A DNA stretch of 63,828 nt, the filler included, from Octopus bimaculoides (lineage: Eukaryota), in NCBI RefSeq assembly GCF_001194135.2. It is 5 parts of 5 records of this genome, joined end to end, with 100 filler letters (N's around TTAATTAATTAA, not from the genome) between each part and the next. Parts side by side here need not be neighbours in the genome. Positions count along the whole stretch, not along the records: positions 1 to 18,437 come from NC_068983.1; 4 more parts are not named here. The stretch is one strand, 5' to 3'. Positions 1 to 12,265 of this stretch are shown here, piece after piece. The first letter of the stretch is position 1, and each line of letters opens with the position of its first letter. A program made the translations under genes and the position numbers. The notes under the pieces are model-generated. The model worked only from the letters and a program-made list of their open reading frames with translations. It ran no database searches and was not told where the DNA came from.

Positions 1-940
1 CTGGTGAGCATCTTCTGTTGCTTATCTTTCTTTTTCTATTCGTGGAGACTTCCGCCTCCACGACTTTCACTGTCTCCCTGCAATGGGGGGGGGGACATAC
101 TTTCTTTATCCTGCTCCGGGCCTTCCCACGGCCCTTAGGGCAGTTTTTCCTTATATGGCCAGGCTCCAGGCACCGTTGACACTTGCGGGGAGGGCGTCCC
201 TCAAGCATCACCGGATACTTGGACCCGGCCATTTTCAAAAAGTCTGGAAACAGCATGTCTCCAACTGCCACTGGGGTCCATAGAGTCAAATCAGCTTTAA
301 CCCCTTCCCGGTTGACCGAAGGCGCCATGGTGACAATCAGGTGCCTGGGCCCACTGTCCCCAAGCCCCGCCAGATGACATCAGAGATCCACCCTGCCTTG
401 GTACCCAGGGGCAGTCCACACACCCAGGCTCTAGTGATTCCTTTCCCCCAATAAGTGGGGAGGAAAAAATTTCCTCCCCTTGCAGGGGCTGGCTGGCCGC
501 TATGCCTGCCTCTTCATGGGAGTCAAATAGCAACCACACCGTTGCGTATTCGACTCCACTTCTAATATAATAACTTTTGGCTGGCAAACAGCTTGCCAGG
601 TCTTTCATTAATTTTTTCTTTATTGAAGAGGGCAATGGCGTTGCGTGACCTTGAATAGGTCCGCAAGACCACTGTCCTCTTCTCTGTCTCTACAATCCAC
701 TGCTTGGGTGGGACAGCCTCCCACTCCAAGACTGTAGCTTCATTATTTCTACTTTTTTTTTCCAAGTTTGTGAAAGTGCAAAAAATGCCAAATAAAAGTT
801 CACCAAAAGAAATAGGAAAAGAAAGGAAAAAACAGTTCAGAAGAAGAACAAAAAGAAACTCACGAAAGGGTGGAAGAAGGAAGGAAAGAAACCACTTTAA
901 CAGTCCCAAAACAAAATACAAGTCTTCAGCCACTTAGATA
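1..940 (-). mobile_element. 5' portion (ORF1, gag-like) of an L1/Tx1-type LINE, frameshifted, running off the window start
   Basis: GC-rich island. Minus-strand hand translation gives ...KYPVMLEGRPPRKCQRCLEPGHIRKNCPK, a CX2CX4HX4C zinc knuckle at 140-181. Upstream ORF pieces 562-933 and 297-635 lie in shifted frames. Confidence 0.7.
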
Positions 941-1560
941 CCCCAGGCCCGTTGTTACTCCAATTTGAACCCGGGATACAGTGAGCTTCTACGAATTTTC
1001 AAAAAAGTTCTATATAACGTTGAACACAATGAGAAACGAAAACATAAAAACAAAACATAGAAAACGAACTTTTTTGCGAACAACGAAAAACTCAAACATG
1101 GCTTGTCTACCTGGCGTTCATAATAATTTTTCTATCGTCTTGGTTCAATAGCACTCACCGTTTGTTTTTACTGTCTTCTTCTCACTGTCCTGTTTTTGTT
1201 AACACCTTCACCCTCCGCAAATAATCACAAATTTTATTTAATTTGCTTTGCGGGAAGCACTATTTCAACGAAGTCGTGTATTGTCCTTGCCTTCGAAACG
1301 CAGAGTAGTTGAAACAGGGACAACTGACGAAGGGACATGCTCTTTATGTTGCATGTCTTGCTTCACTGTTTGCTTTTTTCGTTGTTCGCAAAGAAGTTCG
1401 TTTTCTGTTTTGCTTTTGTTTTCGTTTCTCATTCTGTTCAACGTTTTTTTAATGTTCTGTACCCATATATGCTTGTATGTATACATATATATTTAGGTAT
1501 GTACATATATGTATGGATATATGCATATATTTATATATTATTCATATTATAATGAATTTA
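941..1560. mobile_element. Probable Penelope-like terminal-repeat region containing an ~80-bp inverted repeat
   Basis: 1016-1098 is the reverse complement of 1367-1445. 1290-1550 resembles 27100-27330, which lies near the Penelope-like ORF at 28.5-30.1 kb. Family assignment is inferred. Confidence 0.4.
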
Positions 1561-1613
1561 TAAATGAGAATAGAGATTTACATCCCGTTTTATTCAGCAG
1601 TTTCTTTTCATTT

Positions 1614-1709
1614 CTCCACCTACTCATGTTTCGGCAGTGACTAATACACACTGAGAAATGTGCATATTTATGTGAGCTTCTCGTTATTTGCCGCTTCTTC
1701 AGGGTTGAG
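1614..1709 (-). ncRNA. Type I hammerhead-ribozyme-like motif with a long stem II insert
   Basis: Minus strand reads CTCAACC-CTGAAGA-agc-GGCA..(52 nt)..TGCC-GAAAC-atga-GTA-GGTGGAG. Stem I is 6/7 paired, both core boxes are present, the cleavage triplet is GUA and stem III is minimal. Confidence 0.5.
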
Positions 1710-2040
1710 TCAACTGCATTGTTCAGATTGAATCTCAGTTAAATACAAGTGCAGCTGAAATCCACGTCGTGTTGTCATTGTTCCAAAATGTAGCCTACAT
1801 CCTGACTTCTTCAACCCTGCTGATTAAAAACAAGTTGACTGGCTGTTCAAGGAATTCTAGAGGTTTGCAAACATAGGCCACCCTTAAATGGTGACTGGTA
1901 GTATTAATGATAAGCGACAGGTTACCTTAAGTATGTTTTTTACTGTTATTGTCATCACTCTCCCTCGTATTGCTACTTTCACTACTCTTATTATTATTGT
2001 TAATATTATTAGTAATGAGCTGTAATTCCCTGAGTTTAAA

Positions 2041-2174
2041 TTCTTTTATTCTTTTATTCTTTTATTTGTTTCAGTCATTTGACTGCGGCCATGCTGGAGC
2101 ACCGCCTTTAGTCGAATCAAATCGACCCCAGGACTTATTCTTTGTAAGCTTAGTACTTATTCTANNNNNNNNNN

Positions 2175-2216
<42 letters not shown>

Positions 2217-2380
2217 GACGGGCTTCTTTCCGTTTCCGTCTACCAAATACACTCACAAGGCTTCGGTCAGCCCTAGGCTATAGTAGAAGACACTTGCCCA
2301 AGGTGCCACGCAGTGGAACTGCACTCGGAACCATGTGGTTGGCAAGCAAGCTACTTACCACACAGCCACTCCTGCGCCTA
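2041..2380 (-). mobile_element. tRNA-derived SINE, family B (internal microsatellite)
   Basis: Minus-strand head tggctgtgtggtaagtagcttgcttgccaaccacatggttcc has A/B-box-like motifs. Homologous to 14985, 43480, 51050, 53866 and 56335. Confidence 0.85.
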
Positions 2381-2856
2381 TTAAATTAAATTAATTTAAA
2401 TTTAAGGTTATCATTAATTTGATTCCCAATTTTTTCTGTATTCCTTAGAATAAGATTGATTTATGTAGTTTATATTTAATTACCCTCTCGACTTGCTATT
2501 GTTTACTTGATTTCAATTCTAATTTTAATATTATATATTATGCAGTTGTTCAAATTTATGAAACGTATGTTTACCTTGATGGATACAACGTTCTCACGTG
2601 AATTTTGATGTAAGAATTTGGCAAATTTCTTCCATACATAATTGAAACCGTTTGCTTCCTCTATTATATAGTTTGGCTGTACTAATTATTTCCCAGGTAA
2701 TTTTATATTCCTTATTATTATATTTTAAGGACCAAATTAGTTTGCTTAAATTAGTGTTATTCCTCTTTTTGCGGTCTCTAAATAAGCTATCGTGATTGGC
2801 AATTCTTCTTACTCGGAATTGGATGCATGGCGTTCCATTAAATAATAATAAAAATA

Positions 2857-2889
<33 letters not shown>

Positions 2890-5329
2890 NNNNNNNNNNN
2901 NNNNNNNNNNNNNNNNNNNNNNNNNNNNNNNNNNNNNNNNNNNNNNNNNNNNNNNNNNNNNNNNNNNNNNNNNNNNNNNNNNNNNNNNNNNNNNNNNNNN
3001 NNNNNNNNNNNNNNNNNNNNNNNNNNNNNNNNNNNNNNNNNNNNNNNNNNNNNNNNTATATATATGCATATATATATATATATATATTATTTATATATTA
3101 TATATGTATATATGTATGTATTTATATGTGAGTATACATACATATATATATATATATGTATATATGGCGTTTTCAAGAAATAAGAAGCAGACACTACAGC
3201 TGCAATAAGTGCTGGACGCATTTTTATCGGTCCTGACATTAGTAAGGAATATTAAACCGCCATTTGAGAACCATACGCTACATATTCACAAATAATCACT
3301 ATATGTCCGTCCGTAAAACTTAACCCCTATGCTAAAAAAAATCCCTCAGTTAATCAGTTCGCAGCCATATTTCACAGATAAATTTATTCCCTGTTTTCTA
3401 TGCATATTTGAGAATTAATTCCTTTCCATTTCAGCTCCATTTCGGTTAGCCAGTGAAATTAAATTACATTATTATCTTCCTGGATACAATACAAGCTCTG
3501 AGAAAATTTAGTGAAAAATACTGTGTTTTAAAATTGTGAGTTGAATAGTCTGTAAATAATACCGAGATTATTATTTTAATGTAGAGATTATTATTTCTTA
3601 TTTAAAATTAATGACATTCATTATTATAAATGCCATTAATCCAACAACACTTTACACACACGGTCGCTAGACCAGACAGCTCACATTGTTAAAACAATGT
3701 ATCTCATCTCTCTTGTTGTGCGGATAAAATCGAGCAAAATAGATTTAAAACTTCTTCTAAATATTCTTTAATCCTTGTTTTGTTCTATCTTTGGGTCATA
3801 AGCCAGAAATATTCACAGATGAATGCGAAGGTCATTTATTTTAAATATTACAAATCTATTCACTGTTTGCGTAGTTTTCAAGTCAGATTAAACACATTGA
3901 TTCTTAAAAACTCAAAAGCCTTTTGCATCAGGATTACGATTTACCAGTTGAGGTAAAAATAGATGGATGCTTATTGATTTTCGGACACGGCTAGAACGAC
4001 AATACCCATGCATCGAAGCCGGATGCTGACTGATTAAGAGACACTTATGACATGGCTTCTCTCCCCAAAAATGTAGTGCTCACCTAATACGTGTGGTGGA
4101 AGTGGTTTTTAATTTAACTTATCTTACAATTATTGTTACATAGTAAACCCTGGGCAAATGGAATTCGAAGCCTGCTTCAATTTCTGTTTTGTCATGTAGA
4201 CATAACTACAGTACTTCTTTTATGATACGATGCAAAGAAACGTAACTAATTCAGTTTGAATATGAGAGTACAAACACTATTTCAATCGGACTGGGCTAAT
4301 ACATAATTCTTTGGAAGTACGTGTAACCATCAACTCTCGGATATCAATTACATTGAAATATACGCGTATATATGTACATGCATGTATTTATATACGTGTC
4401 GTGTATTTTCTCTCTTTTTAATGTATCGGTTAACTCTGTCATCCAACATGATTGAATATTCATGTGCTCATACTACAAACAGATATTTCAAACTTACGTT
4501 GAGGTACTGTTATATACACAGTTCAAATGATAGGAAAATGTTATTAAAAGAACTATTTATGAAGGAAAGGAATAACGATAATGAAGTAAATGCACCATGG
4601 AGATAAAGGTGATAATAGGGGAACAGAATGTGAAAGCGACTGAAATCCCACCTGTCTGCAGTTCAAACAGTAGCAGCGAAATACAACTGTAGGATGGACA
4701 TTCGAGAACGACAAAAAACTTTAATGTATATATGAAATTGGCATACTTGACGTTGAAGGTAACTAAAACAACCGGCAAACAAAAGAGGAGGATGAAAGAA
4801 GGGAATACGATGGGAATATTCTTTCAAAAGCACGCAAGTAATTGCATTTTAACAAATGCTGTGAATTTCTGAGCATCGGTGTCACATTAGTTCGACGAAA
4901 ATTGTGCCACTCGATCACAACTTCACGTTTCAGAATGGAAAGAAAAGTGAATACCACGGTTTTTCTTGTGATTACAGAACGAAAGAGGTGACCGTTTCGT
5001 CCGTAAATTTCGGAAAGTCAACATGACCAATCTTCTAGCAGCAAACATACGCTTGCCAAGTTATGAAGAGAAAGACGGTGCTCTTAGACTCGTTGGATCA
5101 AAAGCTGTTCCTAAGAAAATGGTGATGTTTAAACAAAGCCACGAGTAAGTCAACACAGACGCAAACAAAAAGACAAAAGACATCATCGACAGTTTCTGAG
5201 ATAAAATTCTGCTTAATGCAGAGCGCAAGACTTTTGTTCTAAATGTTGCTGACATCATTATATTGTTGATGATAGAGCCGCTGGGAGTCCTCTGGCAACT
5301 TATACCCTAAACAATAAATGAGTTGCCAC

Positions 5330-5840
5330 ATCAAAGTGGCAGTATATTGTATATAAAGGATGCAGAACGTTGCATCGAAAACCAGCTGACGGAGAATCTG
5401 CCCAGGGTTAAACTTGTAGTAACATTCAGCTTCCACTTTGATGTAGCAACTCCTTTACTGTTTAGTATACGTTACTACTCTATCTCTTGATATTTTATAA
5501 CTAGCTACTTTGCTTGTTGCAAATCAGTGACCGATGGTCACTTTGTTTACAATATATCACCAACAGAGTCGGATCTTAGCTATCACTCCATTGCGCAGGT
5601 GCGCGCGGCCGACGAAGAGCCAACTAGCTCGAAACTGGGCCAGCCCCGCGATCCTGTTAGCTAATGAGGTTAGTAGTAGTTCGCTACCCCTGTTAGTGAT
5701 ATATTCTATATAAAGGATGCAGAACGTTGCATCGAAATCCAGCTGGCGGAGAATCTGCCTGGGGTTAAACTAGCAGTAGCAGTCAACTGCCATTTTGATG
5801 CTTAATATACGTTACTACTCCATCTCTTCTTGAGATTTTA
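5330..5840 (+). repeat. Diverged ~150-bp direct repeat pair offset by 357 bp, flanking a hammerhead-like motif
   Basis: tatataaaggatgcagaacgttgcatcgaaa.ccagctg.cggagaatctgcc..gggttaaact occurs at about 5350 and 5707. Confidence 0.85.
5604..5650 (+). ncRNA. Degenerate type I hammerhead ribozyme
   Basis: CGCGG-C(C)GACGA-A-GAGC caacta GCTC-GAAA-CTG ggc CAG-(C)C-CCGCG. All three stems pair perfectly; two core positions (U4, U16.1) read C. Confidence 0.55.
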
Positions 5841-6708
5841 TTTTTGCTTGTGACTTATATCCTATATAATACGTCGTAGGGAATGTGGATAATTAATGGG
5901 TGTTAAAATTGCTCTTGCCCATTTGAACCAGTAAAATGTTTTCTTTAGCTTTGACTTAGCAGAAACTAACTTCAGTGAATTAGGACTAGTCCCGTTTCAG
6001 AGGCTAGATCGTGTCGATGTTCGAAGGGATATACTCTGTGGTTAGACTATATATTGGCACCTATGGGTATGAATTATCAGACATGAAGAGTAAGTACACT
6101 TTTGTGTTAAGGATGATCCGAGATCTACGGAGATTTATAATTTAAACTCATATTGTCACTTCCTTGTGAGAGGTTTCGTTTCATTTTCTGTCATAATATT
6201 GCTTTTCATGGCTCTTTTACCATAATTGATGCCAGGTAATGCGATCCACCCCCACAACGACAGCATTCTTTGGAAAGTTCCATTGTAATATTCTGTCATC
6301 TATCACCCATTTGCCAAAATAAAGAATTATTATGGTTGGTATTGTTGTTGATGCTACTGGTTTTGTTATTGTTGTTCATGCCAAACATCTAAGTTTTTTT
6401 CTGCGGTCATTCTCATCTTTCGAAATTATTATTTCGTTAAATTATTTATTTGAAGTTACATAATTTTCTGGTGGTTTTATTCTAACTTATATTTTTATAT
6501 TTCTGTTTTCTTCTGGTATTCTATGATCTTATGCACCAAATATATATTTCTTGTGTCAATATTTATGATAGATCCAATACAAATTGGGAAATTTAAGACA
6601 GAAATGAACAACCAAAAACAAAAAAAAGTGAAAACAGTGGATTATTTAATAAGAGAAAACAGAAATCACAGAAACAACATCCAAATAGATTTTAAAAATT
6701 AGGCACAT

Positions 6709-6742
<34 letters not shown>

Positions 6743-7589
6743 NNNNNNNNNNNNNNNNNNNNNNNNNNNNNNNNNNNNNNNNNNNNNNNNNNNNNNNNNN
6801 NNNNNNNNNNNNNNNNNNNNNNNNNNNNNNNNNNNNNNNNNNNNNNNNNNNNNNNNNNNNNNNNNNNNNNNNNNNNNNNNNNNNNNNNNNNNNNNNNNNN
6901 NNNNNNNNNNNNNNNNNNNNNNNNNNNNNNNNNNNNNNNNNNNNNNNNNNNNNNNNNNNNNNNNNNNNNNNNNNNNNNNNNNNNNNNNNNNNNNNNNNNN
7001 NNNNNNNNNNNNNNNNNNNNNNNNNNNNNNNNNNNNNNNNNNNNNNNNNNNNNNNNNNNNNNNNNNNNNNNNNNNNNNNNNNNNNNNNNNNNNNNNNNNN
7101 NNNNNNNNNNNNNNNNNNNNNNNNNNNNNNNNNNNNNNNNNNNNNNNNNNNNNNNNNNNNNNNNNNNNNNNNNNNNNNNNNNNNNNNNNNNNNNNNNNNN
7201 NNNNNNNNNNNNNNNNNNNNNNNNNNNNNNNNNNNNNNNNNNNNNNNNNNNNNNNNNNNNNNNNNNNNNNNNNNNNNNNNNNNNNNNNNNNNNNNNNNNN
7301 NNNNNATATATATATATATATATAACGGAATAATAGAAAAGTAGGATTCAGAAAAATGAAGCTGCATTCACGGTAAACTCCCGTTCAGGATCGGTTCTCT
7401 GTTGTTGTTGATTCCTTCGTAGTGTAATTCAATATGTTCCTACAGCCGAAAATCCACTACATCTGAACAATCAATTCTTCTGTAGGGAGTAAATAAAGTA
7501 TAAGGTTAAGAGGTGTTAGAAGTGGATATAGATTAATTTTCCCTGTATGACATACATATGATACATATGATTACAGCTGTTTCATAACC

Positions 7590-7755
7590 TTCATGATGTA
7601 GCCTTTACGTTCTAAGTTCAAATTCCGCCGAAGTCGTCTTTACCTTTCATCCTTTCGGGGTAGATAAATTAAGTACCAGTTGCGAACTGGGGTCGATCTA
7701 ATCGACTGGCCCCCCTCTCCAAATGTTTTGGGCCTTGTGCCTAGAGTAGAAATGA
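7590..7755 (+). mobile_element. SINE family A, 5'-truncated
   Basis: ttcaaattccgccgaagtcg...aattaagtaccag...ggggtcgatctaatcgac...ggccttgtgcctagagtagaa is shared with 15783, 40799 and 57295. Confidence 0.85.
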
Positions 7756-10700
7756 ACCTTAATCATGTAGTGTTATTAATTACAGTATACATTAATATTT
7801 ATACTCAGCATTACACAATGCGATTGTTTATTCACGAATTGTTGCAAATAAAGAAAGATAAATTCATCAGACCACCAGATACATATTGGGTACACCTACG
7901 ATTCGACTCTAATTACACCCACAAAATTCAGCCTTTATATGTAAAATGTATGGATAGACAGAATTAGACAAGACCACTGTAATTTCGCCAGTAAAGAAAA
8001 TCAGCTGAGAAAGGCTTGTATTGCCGTATTATGCTTTACAGAAAAATTCACCTATGAACGCATCCAAACCAATTAAGTTACAGTACTCGAATGAAATAAA
8101 ATAATTTTCAATCCTTAAATGATGCAAAATAATATGAGTTAATATCAAGAATATTTTGTAAAAAAATTATGAAAAGAATAATGATGAAATTCGCTGATCA
8201 GACGACTAAATAATACGAGTAGTCTGATTAGCTGTATACAAGGCTCCAAAAAGAATTGTGCAAATTGCTTCAAAGCAGGAGGTTACCAGCGAATTTAAGA
8301 ACTGTGTTTTTCAGTTATCAATATTTATCCTGATTTAAGCCTTGTTCACATCCGTCCACAGAAATTTCTACTATACTCTCATCCACACACTAAGAAAAAT
8401 AGATTTAGTATACCTATTCTAATGGCTTATAAATGCTCTGTATACAACGCTCATACACACTCGTATGTAACAGATCTTGTATAATAAATTATGGTGACAG
8501 AGTCTAACCAGCCAATTCCTTCTTTAGATACTAGAAACACATTGTAGCCCTTTGCTCCATCAACAATATCGTAAAATCCTTGAAATGGTTGTTTAAAACA
8601 GATATCTCTTTTGAACGATTCTTTTCCTTAAAAAGCGAAAGAGCAGACGTTGGAAACTTATATAAAGTCACAGTGTTTTTACTTTAAATCACCACGTCTG
8701 TGGTGTAGACATTCTAAATATTTGCCATATTTTTCATGAGTACATTTTTTTCAATTTTCCGAATGTGATTGTTCATCCTGGTGGTAATTCGGTAATTTAA
8801 CTTCGCTCTCTTAGATAAGAAACTCTGGACCAAAGTAGATCCCAGACAAATTATCTAAACCCAGCTATATACGCTAACAATGCTTGCTTCTCCGTAAACA
8901 TAGATGCAAGTCTATTGACGTATTTGGTTAAATCCTTGCACTTGTTACCGCACCCACACAAGTACACAGATTAGTTTATTCTTACAGATCTCTGACTGAT
9001 GGGTATATCTCTCACAAATACAGATACAACTACACTGTGTCCTCGCTCGTTAGGTGTGGCCCTGGTAAATTTAACATTCGGATGAAATGCACAAATGTCT
9101 GAACGTTCAGAAGTAATAAGTATAAAAAGCATGTGACATATCGAGTGTACGATGGAAAAGGCTTATTGTTTTCTTCTTTGACAGTCATTTACTCAAAGTA
9201 TCAAAACAACAGCGAGCGTAGTTTATTTCCGTTGTTTATTTTACACCTGTTGTTGTTGTTGCTTTTCTGCTCTGATTTTGCACGTTTTTCTCGTTATTGT
9301 TGCTCGCTCGTTTTGTGGTCTGATTTGAAGAACTTCGGATATTAGTCTTTCGGAAACTATACTTGAATCTGTTGAAGTTGTCTTTGCAAGGCAATTCACA
9401 ATTATTGCACACGAAAATATTTTTATAATCTTTACTGCACTTGTTACTGGTCTTTGTGCGAAATGTTATTTGCAAACGTTTAATGTAATAATGGTTTTTC
9501 TGAAAAAGGTGATTGTATAGTTCGCAACCAATTAGCACGATGCTTGAAACGCTTCGGATTTGAATTACTAGCTCAATAAATTGTAATACGGTGATAATAT
9601 TTACTCAGTAATCAATCAGATAGCCTACGAGCCTTTATTGAGCATTTTGGGAGTACAATACTCAGATTCCTTAACTGTTCAGAATATGTAGTAGATCATC
9701 AGTCATTAGTGTTATCCACTAATTAGTAAAACTTAAGAAGTACATAAGGCTTCATTTAAGACTTCCACGTGCTATTGAGTGTATTAGATTTCAGTTAGTT
9801 GTAAGCATTTGGAGGTTACATCAAATACATAACAACAATTGGCACTGTTTCTCCATTGCTCTCATCAGTTTTGAATGCCTCTAAAAAGGACATGGGAGGC
9901 AGCAATACCTGCTCTGGTTTTGTCATTACAACTTACTAAATTACTAATACAGAAATCCAACCGAAATGTTCGATATTTGTCCTTATACAGCACGATGTAT
10001 CTTATACTCTTACTTTGCTCCGTGTTCTATATAGAATTTTGCTGATTCACATCTCCACTCGTCCCACATATTCTTGTAATTATATCTGTTTATCGTAAAC
10101 ATTGGAAATACATCACAAACGGAGGAGAAAAGGGAATAGCAATTTATATATAATCTAAAACCATATTTGTCCCGAGAAACGGATATTTCGTCGAAATTTT
10201 CATAAATGCTTCATCATCCTCCCCTACTCGTTCAAACGCTTTTATACAGAGCCACATAGATTTAAATTCTCGCCGTTTCTCACTATTTACATCGCTCATT
10301 TTTTTTTTTTTTTTTTTTNNNNNNNNNNNNNNNNNNNNNNNNNNNNNNNNNNNNNNNNNNNNNNNNNNNNNNNNNNNNNNNNNNNNNNNNNNNNNNNNNN
10401 NNNNNNNNNNNNNNNNNNNNNNNNNNNNNNNNNNNNNNNNNNNNNNNNNNNNNNNNNNNNNNNNNNNNNNNNNNNNNNNNNNNNNNNNNNNNNNNNNNNN
10501 NNNNNNNNNNNNNNNNNNNNNNNNNNNNNNNNNNNNNNNNNNNNNNNNNNNNNNNNNNNNNNNNNNNNNNNNNNNNNNNNNNNNNNNNNNNNNNNNNNNN
10601 NNNNNNNNNNNNNNNNNNNNNNNNNNNNNNNNNNNNNNNNNNNNNNNNNNNNNNNNNNNNNNNNNNNNNNNNNNNNNNNNNNNNNNNNNNNNNNNNNNNN

Positions 10701-12221
10701 NNNNNNNNNNNNNNNNNNNNNNNNNNNNNNNNNNNNNNNNNNNNNNNNNNNNNNNNNNNNNNNNNNNNNNNNNNNNNNNNNNNNNNNNNNNNNNNNNNNN
10801 NNNNNNNNNNNNNNNNNNNNNNNNNNNNNNNNNNNNNNNNNNNNNNNNNNNNNNNATGTATTTCGTTGCTCATTTGGTTGTTGATGTTTTTCTTTCTTCT
10901 TGTGTTTTCTTTTTATATTTTTTTCTTTCTTCAATAATCTGTAATGGATGTGGAGTTGATAAAATAAGCTATCAGGCCTGAGTTTCATTGTTCTTTAATA
11001 TTTCATTTTGCTCTACAATTTTGTTATTTTTTTCTATCTTGTTCTTTCTAATAATAAATTTACCAGCAAAGAATGAGATATTTTAGCCTTTTATGCTGAG
11101 CAACTGTTTACCATTTTAATTGTCTTTACTTTTAGAGAATACAGTATAACAAACAAATAACAAACAGACAAAAGAAGATGATGGATTAGTTTATAAGATT
11201 CAATAAGATGCGCTCATTGTGAGAAAAGGTACATGCCTAGTGGGGGAGGAGGCTGGGATGGGGAAGTCATTTAGTATCATTACAAAAGAATGAAACGAAA
11301 GAAATATCGATAAATGTCTTAAACATGAAATATGTAGAGAAGCCAATAAGGAATGATCGATAGTATATACATCGAACCACATTGTATTTCATCTCAAGTT
11401 CATTTTTGTTGAATAAGAGATGTGTAGGGAGAAAAATAGTTCTTACATTACATTTATTTTCAGTAAGAATGAGAACGATGTGTGAGAAAAAAGGAAAAAA
11501 AGAAAAACTTAGCAAAAACCAAACAACAGAGACGATGTTTCAATCGCTGCATAAGAATTCACCATCTTCAATCTTCTCATTGATTCGAAGATTGTACAAT
11601 ATTGATTATATTCAGACAATAGATTGTGAAGAAAAAAATGAAAATCGAGATTATGTCTATATACTTATATAGCATAAGTGCGTGATGTTAAATTCTTGAT
11701 ATTGATACGTTAATGCTTGCATCCACTATACTGGTTCCATACGTGATTCGAATTATTTCCAATATGCCGAAATTTCATTTGTGGCAAACATGAACGTTGC
11801 ATATCATTATTCGTCATCATTAATAAATAGTCAAAAAGTTGTTATGTATCGCACTGAATGTAGATATATGATTTCATACATGTATGCAAGTGTTTGAGAA
11901 AGTCATAGTTTTGTAGCCACCAGTCACCCTTGATTGATCAGAATCAGAATTAGAGGTAGCACATTGATAAGCTTTTCAGACGTTGTGCTTGTAGGAGTAA
12001 ATTATCGAATATGCCCCTCCCTGCTTAAGTCCCTAAACATGATGACACAAAACAATGGCTGCCATATACATTCGCATTTAAGCCTTTCTAAACAGACAGA
12101 CTTATATACACACACACGTAATGATACACGCATACACTCGCGCAAACACATAAATACATAAATGCGTACATACAGACATAAATATATACATATATACATA
12201 CATATATACATATACACACGC

Positions 12222-12265
<44 letters not shown>

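Noticed and set aside
3165-3235. HYSCNKCWTHFYRS, a C2H2 zinc-finger-like start
   Set aside because: It stops before the histidines and there is no tandem finger array.
6003-6040. RSCRCSKGYTL, an EGF-like fragment
   Set aside because: It has only two cysteines, the frame hits a stop before the donor site, and no neighbouring EGF exons were found.
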